This document shows, piece after piece, positions 52,801 to 63,106 of a stretch of 64,000 nt of DNA (within the stretch, counting starts at the first letter, position 1; each line of letters starts with the position of its first letter). The DNA lies in assembly GCF_052425735.1 (NCBI RefSeq), contig NC_135770.1, positions 22,010,001 to 22,074,000 of the forward strand. Reading direction: 5' to 3'. Source of the stretch: Oculina patagonica. Taxonomy: Eukaryota. Under the pieces are notes generated by a model that saw only the letters and a program-made list of their open reading frames with translations, did not search any database and was not told the origin of the DNA. A program made the translations under genes and the position numbers.

Positions 52801-55800
52801 TGGACAATTGCTCACGTTTGAAGAAAACATATCTTTCATAGGTTTCGTTCCGTGCGGGGACACAACGCTCTTCGAACTTTTCAAGAACCTTATCGATCTT
52901 TAGAGCGTCCGAAGCATTAGCCCATTGGAAGGTGTCGTACATGTCCATTCCTTCTTTACCGATCACATTCAACAGCGAAGCCACCCGAACTTCTTCTGGT
53001 TTCTTGTGGATGCCAGCCGCTAGCTCGTAAAACTTCCATTCACGTCGAAACGATTTCCAATTTTCACCTTGATACAAACGGTCAGTAAGATTCAGCGGCG
53101 AGGGAATTTTCGCTGTAGTACTGACAGCAGCCATGATACTTGTAATGCCACGTGCAACGAACCAAAGCAAACTCGAACGCAAACTATAGACTTCACAACA
53201 GCCTACCAATCGCGGACGAAGCGCTGGACTTGACGACTTCGAAGCTACGAAGTTATTCTGAACAGTTGGGTTAAAATCCCGCGTCTGACACCATGTTACG
53301 ATCAACGTAAAGACGCCGAGGCCATGCAAACACAACAACTTTTAATGGCTGACGAACAAGATCACGCGAGACACGAGGCGCGGTTACATAACAATCTTAG
53401 TCACGTGCAAAACTTAAATATGCAAACTTATTCAATATCACAACAGTAGGCATTAACAAGTAACCATTAGATACTATACACAAAACCCACTGTGTTCATG
53501 TGTTTAGTGAGTGTCTGTTACTCTGCAGCTATTAATATGATATGCTTTGTTTGCTTTTGGTAAGTTTACAGTCACATTGATGCAACGATGCACCACCTTT
53601 ATTGAATGGGCTTGGAATTAAACTTTTAAAAGCCATCTATAACAATGTCTGGAAGCCGTAATAGCAATTATTGCAAAAACTAGTTTTCCCACTGTTTTTA
53701 GCACCTCTTCAATCTAGCAATGCTCCTATTAAAGGGAATTTGCTCATTGGTTTTAATTTGGAGTTTGGAAAAAATAAATTATTTAGAAATCAAACAATGT
53801 ACTTTTTCTGGCTTTATATTAAGGGTCATTCAGTGAAAGTAAGTGCTGGCAACAAAATAATCACCGTTTTCCACAGTGAGTACTTCATTTCTACCCCCAT
53901 GGATGTTTCAATAGCATGGTGATGAATTGGTGTTGTTATTCCTTGATAGTTTATAAGGCTGCACAAATGACACCAGAGTTCATACACATGCTAATGTATT
54001 GGCAATACATTTTACAAGCTGTGGACTCTATAAATTTAAAACAGTTGTGTTGGTGGTGCTGTGAAAATAATAATTGCTGTATTCATGTAAATAGTATAGA
54101 GTAAAGAATCCTTAGAGTGTGTTCCAAAAAGTACACTAACGTTTAAGTAAGAGTCCATTTGCACCTGTAAATGGAAGTTTAGAAAATACAGTAAAAAACC
54201 TGCGATTAAAAACCTTATTTTTAAGAACCTGTTGGGCTAAAATTTGCCTGTTGGACGCCCCCTATATAAGAACCTCTTTAGCCTTAAATTTAGAAAAATG
54301 TTCTCATTTTCTAAAATCGATTAGAAATGTTTACCTTTAGGGAAATAAGATACGTCAATTGCATTTTGGCTTTTCTTTGGAGATGCCCAGGAGCCTTATA
54401 ATTCCAGCCGCAATGTTAATGAAAATGTTGAAAATCATAAAATATTGTTATTGATATAATGACATAAACATAAATAAAATAGTTTGCAAATTTCATATAA
54501 AGAAAAGGCTGAAGAGTACTAAAAGTGTAAATTTTTCTTCAGAAAATAAGAACCTATTAAGAACCTAAAATGCTTAAATTTGTGCTAATTACCATTTATG
54601 GTACCATTTACCATTTACCTTGTAAAATGTGAGTTTTTACTTGCAGGTTCTTACTGTAGTTATATTTGATTATAGCATTTTGTTTAACTAAACAAGAAAA
54701 AGGTAAAAGAAAACAAGACATGGTTATGGAGCTCTTAACTGACTTAGATTGTATTCCTTTCACTCAACATTTCAGTTGTTGATCTAAAGGCCTGATCTAC
54801 AGAATGTTTACTGACAAGAAAGCTCTTGGTTTCATATGATAGCATGGGAGGCACGGTGGCTTAATGGTTTGCACTGGACTCTGGATCGAGTGGTCTGAGT
54901 TCGAGCCCTGGCCAGGCACTGTGTTGTTTAATTGGGGAAGGCATTTTGCTTTCTCAAAGTGCCTCTCTCCACCCAGGTGTTTAAATCCCATGATGGACAA
55001 GCATCCCATATAGGGGTAATAGAAATACTCCTAGTTGCTTCAAGCTACTGAAACCGGGATAATCACCGTTCTGATAGGCCGTTATTGCCTTAATTCCTAT
55101 AATGGTACCATACTATACTTAATCACTAATTTATGTACAATTTATCCGGGCCAGTAATATGGGCTGATGAATAAAGTTTAAAAGTTAAGAAGCTCACAAA
55201 TGGTTGATATGCAAATGAGTGAGTATTTTTCTTCAAACAGTACAGTCTATCGTAATTATGCGACAGGTAATGACCAGGGTCCCAAAGGGGTTTAGGGCTT
55301 CAGGGCGCCGGGCTTAAAATGCAGGGCTCCAGGGCTCCAAGAAGAAAATGTCAGGGCTCCAGGGCTCCATGTCATCTGCTTTCTTGCCCCGGGCTCCACT
55401 ACTGGTCTACAATCTTGATATATAAAAATTATTTCGCTAAAGCAAGCCCGCAAATTAAAACGTCCACAATTCCGACCAGTTTTTTAAACCCAAGAGGCCT
55501 AAACATAATGCATGATTTCTAATTTTTTCACCCCTTTTTGAAGTCACGACTGTATAAAGTATGCCTTCTGTTTATGTACAGACTGCAGGCTAAAAGAGCT
55601 TAAGTGCTGTCGGTCAATTATTTCCTTTTTGATTGATCCCCTAACTGATTTTTTTTGTTTTGCTATTGTTTCTGTTTAGTCAACATAAGGAATAAAATAA
55701 ACATAAGAAAAGAACTTGGGAGCTCCGCTATTACGCTTGGCTAAATCTATTTAATGTATAATGTGTTTAGAATCCCTTGTTACCGTGGGTTTTGTCAAAG

Positions 55801-58800
55801 ACTTGGTGGTTAAGGCAAATAAGTCGCTTATTCCTCTTCGTCCCTGGTGGGACATAAGGCGCCAACGATCTGCTTCCATCGGGACCGATCTTTTGCCACA
55901 AGTTGTGCCTCACCCCAAGTCAAGCCCATTTCCTTTAGGGACAGACCATTAGAAAAGTGATGGGGGGGGGGGGGGGGATGGGGAAAATACAAAAAAATAA
56001 TTCATGCAAGGGAAAGTGCCAAGGAAAAAAAATCGTGCAAAGGGGAAGGCAAAAAAAAAAAAAAATCATGCAGAAGAACGTTACTATTAAGCACTTAAAC
56101 CATTTGTCATTTTACACTTCATGAGATGATCAACGTTTTCGACGACATATATCAGGGAGAATGCTGAAAATAGCGTTTCCGAGCCTAGAAATTTCAAACT
56201 TTTCTGGGGGAGCATGCCCCCAGACCCCCCTACAGTCTAGTGTCTCCAGTGCTTAACTTCTAGTTTCATAAAAGTAAAGTACATCCAGCCTGGCCTTTCG
56301 ACAAGCAAAACGTGTCTTCCCTTACGCCGGTGGTTATAGAAATTCACTTTCAAGTCTTGCCTTCTGGCTATTGTATAAAAACTTTGACACCAACATTAGT
56401 AAGACAATCGATATAAATTGCTGTTGACAAGTGCATAGGATGAAAAAAAGAATCAGTATAACATGGTATAAAATAACAGTACATGGCATTCGATTTTAGC
56501 CATTCTTGATATTTTTTAAAAATAATATAATGATCAAAGATGGTCTTTAAGGGACTGTTCAAAAAGTAAGGGGGGTGGTGGGCCGGAGTAGAAAGGGGGT
56601 GGGTCATATAGTTCTTAGTTTTGATCTGCACATAGGGGGTTGGACTTTAAACTGTTACAGTTACAAGAAAATCCCCAGTGGTATTCATCAGTATTAATTG
56701 ATAAATTTCTTGACACGAGCAGTTTTAGATGTATTTCTAGTGATTTCAGAAGGCCCGAATATAAAAATTTCCTGGGGGAGCTTGGATCCCCGGACCACCC
56801 TAGATGGCTTGTGATCATAACATCGGTTTTGGTGAACTCTCTCCAGCCGCCACTTTTCCAATTGCTCCAACCCACCCCCAGTGCGTATTGACCAGTTCCT
56901 AAAGGATTAAATCAATGAATAACAACATTTTTCAATACATAGAATCCGGTCTAAAGAAAACGTTTTGTCCAAAAAAAGAACATGTCAAAAAAAAAAAAAA
57001 AAAATTCGAGCAGAGGGTTTCACCTGCAAAAAAAAATTCCTGCACAAGCAATGGGCGTAAAACAAAATTCGTGCAAGCCGAAAATCCCCCACCCCTCTAT
57101 CACTTTTCTAATGCTCCGTCCCTTAGCTCGGCCATCACACTACGTCTCCAGTTTGCCTTGTGCCATCCTCGCCTCCTTTTTCCAGGTGGTGTCCATCTAA
57201 GGGCGGTCTTGGGGATACGGTCTTGGTCCATTCTGAGGACATGCCCAAGTTAACGCAACCGGCGGCGTTTGATCTCAAGTACCACACTCTGACTCTTTGT
57301 TTTCTTGTAGAGTTCTTCATTCGAGATCACGTTGGGCCAGAAAATGCGGCATATCCTCCTAGGGCAGCCATTGTGGAAGGCTAGGCAAATAGGTGTTTGT
57401 AAGTGAGCACCTAAAAACACTGTTTACGGAACTAAGCAGAATTTCACTTAGCAGTGTAGAGAAGTATTGCTCCCGCCATAACAAACACTACAGAAACAAG
57501 AACCTCCCAGATGACGTTGTTGGCGATATTTTGTCGACTGCCGTGAAAGAGGACGGTGCATTGTTTGACTTTGTATCGTTTATTGGATAAAACAAGAACA
57601 GCTGTATATGTTTTGTTTTCAACTGAATACATGTAAACTAAATAGACTGCAAAACAGTCGTTTTTTCTCTAAAAGAAATAGCGTCTCTCCCCAGTCTCAC
57701 TCACAGTTTTGACATTGGCTCCAGACCTCTCGCTCTCATTCGAAGACCGAGCGCGTTCGCAAAAGATACGACTGTTTTGCAGTCTATAACCTAAATCACT
57801 TAGCCGTGGAGTGCGTTATAATGAAGATCTCTATCCAGTAACGCAATTGTAACCGGTGGTGTTGTTGGGTGTTTCTCTTTAAAGGCAATACGCCAGAACT
57901 GTGAACAGTCCTTCCTTTTGCAAACGCTAGTATTGAAGTAAGTGTAATGAATGATGATATTTCCAAACAGAAACAAAAGCACGAAAACAACACCGACTAC
58001 GATGCATTACCGGATAAAGATCACTCCACGGCTGATCGATTGAGATTATTCAGTAACAAAACATAAATAGCTGTTCTGCTTTTTATCAAGTAAACAATAC
58101 AAAGTCAAACTACACACCGTCCTCCTTCAATGGAAGGCAGTCGACAAAATATCGTCCACAACTTCATCTGGGATGTTTTTGTTTCTGTAGTGTTTGTTAT
58201 GGCGGGAGCAACAGTAGGTAAGTGGGGAGCCCGCCGGCCCGATTATCCAGATCCTGAAATAAAAGGGAGGCCAGCTGTCGAAAATATTTTTTTTGGCCCT
58301 TCGGGCCTCAGTTTTGCCTAAAATTAGGGTGAGGGCCTGGTCCCCCCCGGGCTCCACCCCTAGATCCGCCACTGAGCAATACAATTACAAATTATACAAT
58401 TTAAAGCGGCACACAGGACACCATCGCTAGAGAGCCCCTACACAAACTACCAGTCAGGTGATCATGGCATGGTGTATCTTGGTTGCTATTACTTCCGTAT
58501 TCAATTGAATTCAACTTACATTGGCTAACAAAACTTCAGTTTATTTTTTCCATTTTTTTGATTTTACTCAAAAATGGAAAAAATAGCAAATTTAACAGAA
58601 TATACTTAATTTTCGATTTTTCCCTTTTTGGAATAAAAATGGGAAATAGAAAAAATAGAAAATTACACCATGAATATTCCATTTTATCACTTAGCTCAAA
58701 ATAACGGAAAACGAACAATGACAAAAAATCAGGTTTTCAAAGTCAACAGTATTTATATTTTTTTTGGAGTCAACTTCAAATTAGAAAAATGAAAAAAATA

Positions 58801-61800
58801 CTCTCATTTATTCTTTTTGCTGACGATACTAACATATTCTTCTCAGACAGCAATATTCATGCATTGACAAAAAATATAAATGAAAAACTTGAGAACGTTT
58901 CCAATTGGTTAAAAGGTAACAAACTCAACCTCGTTCCCAGGGCTTTTCCCTTGGTAATTTGGATGTAACAAACTATCCTTCATTATTAAAAAGACTCAGT
59001 TAGTGATATTCAAATCAAAAAACAAAAAACTTAAACAAAAAGTCAATATTAGATTAGTTGACTCAGATATTAGACAGGTAGAATCAGCCAGATTTCTAGG
59101 AGTACGTATAGATGGAAATCTTGACTGGAAGCATCAAGTAAGTCACACTTGCAACAAAATTGCCAAAACAATTGGTATATTATGCAGAGCAAGAAATTAT
59201 TTACCTCGTGTTGTTATGCGTAGTTTATATTATGTATTGATTTATCCATATCTAAGTTATGGTGACATCGCGTGGGGAAATACATACTCAGCAAGATTAC
59301 AACCAATAAGAAGATTACATAAGAAAATTAAAAGGATAACAACTTTTTCAAATTTTACAGACCATACCAGTCCTCTTTTTAAAGAATTATCAATTTTACC
59401 CCATTGCTTTGTTTTATGTTTAGGCCATTGCTTTGTTCATGTTTCGTTACTTTAATATTTTGCTACCATGCAATATATTTCCATAATTTCTTTCAAGTAA
59501 ACAAGGACATTCACAAATACAACACACAATCATTCTCCAACATTCACAAAATCCAAGCGCTGACTACCAAATACAGTCAGTACGGAATAATCTCCCAACA
59601 TCTCAAAGAAATTAAAACAACTACCTTATTCAGGAAAAAGATTAAACACATCTTCTTCTCAAACAGACAAACGAAGATTTTTAGTCAGTATCGCTTAATA
59701 AAATAAAATAATCATCATACTATATGCTTTATACTGTAACCTCCATGTCACAGCCATGTATATTTAATTTGTTACAATTGTAACCTTGTCCTGGGGCTCT
59801 CCTCGTAAAGCCCTCAAGGGCTTGCTGAGAACTCCTGCCCAGGTATATTTTTATTTTATGACAATTCTTGTAATCCACATAAAAGGGCAAATAAATGATT
59901 GATTGATTGATTGAACAACCGAATACACTAGAATTACCGATAAGCTTAACAACAACTAACAAACTGACTAAAGCACGAACAATGAATGAGTGGGGAAAAC
60001 CGAAAATAGGCAAGAAAGAAAGACAAATAAAGGGTTGCGACAAAAATAAACATATTCTACCTCAAACTCTCCGTGTTGAGATTGTCCCTCAGCTTGTTGA
60101 GGTACTTGTGCCGCGGCAGGTTGAATTTCCTGAGCCACGTGCTCGGCCGCCGGTAAAGCCTTCTGTCCGACAACTTGCTGAACTACTTGACCACCGGCCG
60201 CTTGAGCTCCATGAGCTGCTAGTTCGTCAGCTGGCTGAATTCCTTGGGAAACCGGTAGAGCGGCTTGAGCCGGAGCTCCTTGTCCCGCAGGATACTGTAC
60301 GTTCACCGTTAAATAAGAAAAGGTAACACGAGGAACGGAAAAGCGATCCACAGCGTACGGCAGTTGTTCATGTGCACTAATCTTATATATGTCGCTTTAA
60401 TGTGTGCAGTGTGAATAGCTAAAGGGAGATCATATACTACTTAGAGTATCTGAAGTTTGCTTTGCAAACAGAAAGATTGGTCAGCAGGAGTTCCTGGGAA
60501 TTGTTTTCCTGTTCCGGGTCTCAGTGACACCAGATACATTCCAAGCACAAGTGACCAAATCAACAAGCATCTCCCGAGCATACAAGTAAAGCAATTGTTT
60601 GCCTCTGGTCAACTAACTTCAAACGGTAACGAACTCCAAAAGGTGTGCCAGGAATTAATGGTTGACGAGAATGCCTGAAAAAGCTTTGTAGAACATCAGG
60701 AATTTCTCGCTATAAAGTCACCAAAGGGAGCTTCTGCAAGACACTGAAGAAACACTCTGGCAAACATTGACTGGAACAATGGGGACCATGTCAGTTCGCT
60801 GACGCACACAAGTTAAGATTGTACTTGAAGAAACACAATTTACAGGTCAGTGGGGGGAAAGCAACGCTAGTAGCTCGTGTTCTACGTTACGTTCGGACTG
60901 TTCAACAAATACTGGAACCCGAAGACAATGACGCAACTAGTGACTATGAGCTGCAATCTAGTGACTCAGAAGATCCAGATGACTTAGGAGACAATGTACA
61001 GTCAGACTCTTCAGAAATGGGCGACTTTATCGAACACAGTTATAAGGTACTCTTTGTCTCAGACATTGATTTCGAATGCGTTACAGTATAATGCAAGTAA
61101 AGGATTCAGGTATATTTACTATATTTGTAGGTGGTTGTTGGCAAGCAGGAGGGGGGGGGGGGAGATCGTCATAGTTTTTGGGAGATTTGAAGCGGGGTCA
61201 GAGCTAATTTGCCTTTGTTAAGAGGGGGTATTGTGTAATATTTCTCCTTGAGAGGCTCATTTTTCGGCCACTCCCTTGATAATAACTGCACAGTCCCTAA
61301 ACAGCGCTCTTGTGGTGGCTCTGAAACCGCTCCGTATAATGTTTTTTTTTTTTTTTGCAAAAAGTTGCATTGTACTTGCTGATCATACTCAATTATAAAA
61401 ATTGGGGTCACGTACCTCGTTTTTGAGTTAAAAGGCCTTAAAAATTAAGGGTGTTTTAACAGGTTATACTGTTGCTATGGTGACAAGTGACGTCATGAAA
61501 ATGATCACAACTTGTTCAGCAGTGATTGGACATTTGTTGATTTTGTTATTGTAATTTGTAGTACTGGCCCATCAAATTAAAAGAGCTGGAAAGTGCTGGA
61601 AACCGTTGTGAGCCTCCTTATGAAAACACTCTATTGCCCTTTTTGGGTACTACGGCCGTATTATCAAAGTACACTTTTTACTGTAACTTAGATTGCTGCA
61701 CACAGCAGAGAGAAGAAGTTAAGGAAACTGAACTTAGCAGTTTTGCCATATTGCAGTTGTCTACAGTTAAAATTGCAAAAGTTTGTAATAATGACAACCA

Positions 61801-63106
61801 ATGACTTCTACCTTGCTTGCAATATTCCCCAATAAAACCTTTGTCACAAAGGCATTCAAACGTGTCATCTTTATAGTTAGCCAGACATGTACCTCCGTTT
61901 TGACACGGCGTAGAAGAACAAGGCGACTGAAATAAGAAGAAAAAAATCTTGTACCAGAATAATTATTTTAATCCTATTGCGTTATTTTCTACCCTTTTTT
62001 AAAATCTAAAGATGTAAGTAATTATGAGTGATAATAGCAACAACAATTTCTTATCAAAGCCTGAGAAAATGAATTTCACGATGAATATGAAAACAAATGC
62101 AAGGTTCTAAACTGGAACTCTCTTCAGCATCGACGAGAGTACCTGTCCTTAGTAGAATGTTATAAAACAGTGTTCGGATTAAATGGTCTAAACTTTAACG
62201 ATTATTTCGAGTATTGTAGAAGCAAAAGCACCAGAGCTAACCATCCGTTTAAGATCCAAACGAAATCAGCAAGAATTAACGCATTCAAGTATTCCTTCTT
62301 TGTTAGAATTATTAAGGAATGGAACAATTTGCCAAACTATTTGTTCGGACACGACATTAATGTAAATATCTTTAAATCAAACCTTAAAAAGTGGATGAAC
62401 ATTCATTAATTATATGCCACAGTACCAGATATTATAGATATTTTAGATTTTAACTTTTAGATTGTAATTTTTTAGATTGTAATGCTTTTTTTAAATTTTT
62501 AAATTTTAGATTGTAATTTTAGTTAGGGGACCTAAATAGGGATGACCTCATGGTCCGCCTTTTCAGATACAATTTGTGTAATACCATTTGTGTGTTTGAA
62601 TAAAGTATTATTATTATTCTCCTATTTCTGTGGTTTTTCTATGGTTACGAGGCTCCGCTCTGCCGCCCTTCGCGCAGCTGGGGAGCTCCGCTATTGGTTG
62701 GTAATTAAACGATGCAGAAACTAGTTATGATTAGAAGGACAGCATATCTTACAGCAGGAAACAATTATTAGTGATAACTCTCTTGTGTTTTTGTTCTTGT
62801 AATCAGACCTCACCATAATGGCAAAATGATGCGACGTCTTGTTTCCTTTATACTGCGTGAAATTTCTGTATTTATCAGAAGGCAGTAATTCGCACCACAG
62901 TTTTCCATCAGCTCCTTTGGAGGCGGCCAGATTCACAGAAAAGCACAAAGGGTCGCGGAGGCATTTTAAGATACAATCAAAGTCGTCATACGCCGTGAAT
63001 GTTCCAACTCTTGACACTCTCAGATAATGAAACTCGTCCACTGAAAACAGGCTCTGTCTAAAAGTCTGACGGAAGGTGGTATCTTCGCTTGGCAAAATGA
63101 TTGTTT
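36006..63106 (-). CDS. Gene C: SP-PAN-EGF-(USOMP5-like) protein, exons 2-6; exon 1 presumed right of the window
   Basis: Exons 62814-63106 (PAN, 293 nt as in gene A), 61812-61926 (EGF, 115 nt), 39660-39696 (37 nt), 36640-36766 (127 nt), 36006-36521 (516 nt). All are GT-AG and open. Intron 3 is 22.1 kb, and its outer parts align with gene A intron 3. Confidence 0.85.
36920..37972. mobile_element. Non-autonomous TIR element containing a LINE 3' end
   Basis: Ends catagacggcggagc / gctccgccgcctctg with G/C tracts. Confidence 0.55.
37312..37860 (+). mobile_element. 3' fragment of an L2/CR1-group LINE
   Basis: LGWRRL...[13 protein letters not shown]...LRN...[19 protein letters not shown], followed by AATAAA and a (TTATC)n tail. 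Confidence 0.85.
38310..39200. mobile_element. Harbinger-type non-autonomous element
   Basis: ggcccc...tggggc ends with dispersed ggcacggataaa/ggtacg subterminal repeats in opposite orientations. Confidence 0.5.
39920..42945 (-). mobile_element. DIRS-type tyrosine-recombinase retrotransposon, 5'-truncated and decayed
   Basis: RNase H ([23 protein letters not shown]), methyltransferase-like segment (CDLMALDSN...YVFPP), then tyrosine recombinase. The left boundary is approximate. Confidence 0.85.
40305..41660 (-). pseudogene. DIRS tyrosine recombinase
   Basis: [30 protein letters not shown] motifs in ORFs 40744..41559 and 40305..40694. Stop in the N-terminal Cys cluster and a break near 40730. 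Confidence 0.88.
42989..43990 (+). pseudogene. DDE_Tnp_4 (Harbinger/ISL2EU) transposase, 5'-truncated and frameshifted
   Basis: YMTGL HTH region, [19 protein letters not shown] and LTDKGF. After a frameshift near 43780 it continues [21 protein letters not shown]. Confidence 0.88.
44181..47389 (-). pseudogene. SAP + SWIM + YqaJ (lambda-exonuclease fold) accessory gene, disrupted
   Basis: SAP-like [28 protein letters not shown]; SWIM start YCGCAVG; YqaJ motifs [35 protein letters not shown]. Contains stops, frameshifts and a LINE insertion. Confidence 0.8.
45036..45969 (-). mobile_element. 3' fragment of an L1/Tx1 LINE inserted in the YqaJ gene
   Basis: [13 protein letters not shown]...CHLC...HLFVSC (zf-RVT). 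Flanking near-repeat tgtttcaagtt (45025-45035) / tgtttcaaagtt (45970-45981). Confidence 0.85.
48851..49002 (-). repeat. 3' LTR
   Basis: Differs from 53294-53445 at two positions by eye. Confidence 0.95.
49138..53134 (-). pseudogene. Gypsy gag-pol with stops and frameshifts
   Basis: Gag with two zinc knuckles, protease FQIDTGS, RT IADD, RNase H SDAS, integrase HHCC with GTD/SDNG/KVES. Broken at about 52750, 52379, 51733 and 50766. Confidence 0.93.
53294..53445 (-). repeat. 5' LTR
   Basis: Adjacent to the PBS. Confidence 0.95.
54845..55080 (+). mobile_element. tRNA-derived SINE (third family)
   Basis: gggaggcacggtggcttaatggtt (A box) ... gagttcgagccctggcc (B box) ... gtgcctctctccacccaggtgt. 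Confidence 0.75.
55825..57385 (-). mobile_element. RTE-clade LINE 3' fragment split by a MITE
   Basis: [19 protein letters not shown]...LGHVLRM...[13 protein letters not shown] (57125-57380) continues as [10 protein letters not shown]...[10 protein letters not shown] (55828-55935). Confidence 0.8.
55938..57122. mobile_element. Harbinger-type MITE with further nested fragments
   Basis: TTA|GGGACAGACCATTAGAAAAGTGAT ... ATCACTTTTCTAATGCTCCGTCCC|TTA. Confidence 0.85.
57463..58216. mobile_element. Fold-back element with ~165-bp imperfect TIRs; nested TAG...CTA MITE at 57643-57786
   Basis: 57466-57630 is the reverse complement of about 58047-58211. Inner TIR tagactgcaaaacagtcg / cgactgttttgcagtcta. 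Confidence 0.8.
58800..59912 (+). mobile_element. Decayed L2/CR1-group LINE 3' portion
   Basis: [11 protein letters not shown] at about 58807, [32 protein letters not shown], and a (TTGA)n tail. Confidence 0.85.
60457..61091 (+). pseudogene. Decayed gene fragment ending in a SAP-like motif and acidic tail, probably transposon-derived
   Basis: [21 protein letters not shown] followed by a D/E/S-rich stretch. The upstream frame is broken. Confidence 0.45.
62107..62617 (+). mobile_element. CR1-group LINE 3' fragment in gene C intron 2
   Basis: [16 protein letters not shown]...TRANHPFK...[17 protein letters not shown], then AATAAA and a (TAT)n tail. Gene A intron 2 is only 145 nt. Confidence 0.85.

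Larger units (their letters stand above)
48851..53445 (-). mobile_element. Full-length Ty3/Gypsy (Mag-like) LTR retrotransposon
   Basis: 152-bp TG...CA LTRs, 5-bp TSD GTAGG (48846-48850, 53446-53450), PBS TGGTGTCAGA (tRNA-Leu-like), PPT AAAGGGGAAGA, and gag-PR-RT-RH-IN order. Confidence 0.96.
39735..61297. mobile_element. 21.6 kb insertion bounded by PIF/Harbinger-like TIRs and a TAA duplication, with many nested elements
   Basis: TAA|GGGACTGTGCA (39732-39745) ... TGCACAGTCCC|TAA (61287-61300). The rejoined flanks match the gene A intron (gcatagttaacagcgctcttgtgg at 3541-3564). Confidence 0.8.

Noticed and set aside
59907-60326. Plus-strand 139-aa ORF
   Set aside because: Probably the antisense shadow of the repetitive minus-strand frame. 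It has no motif of its own.
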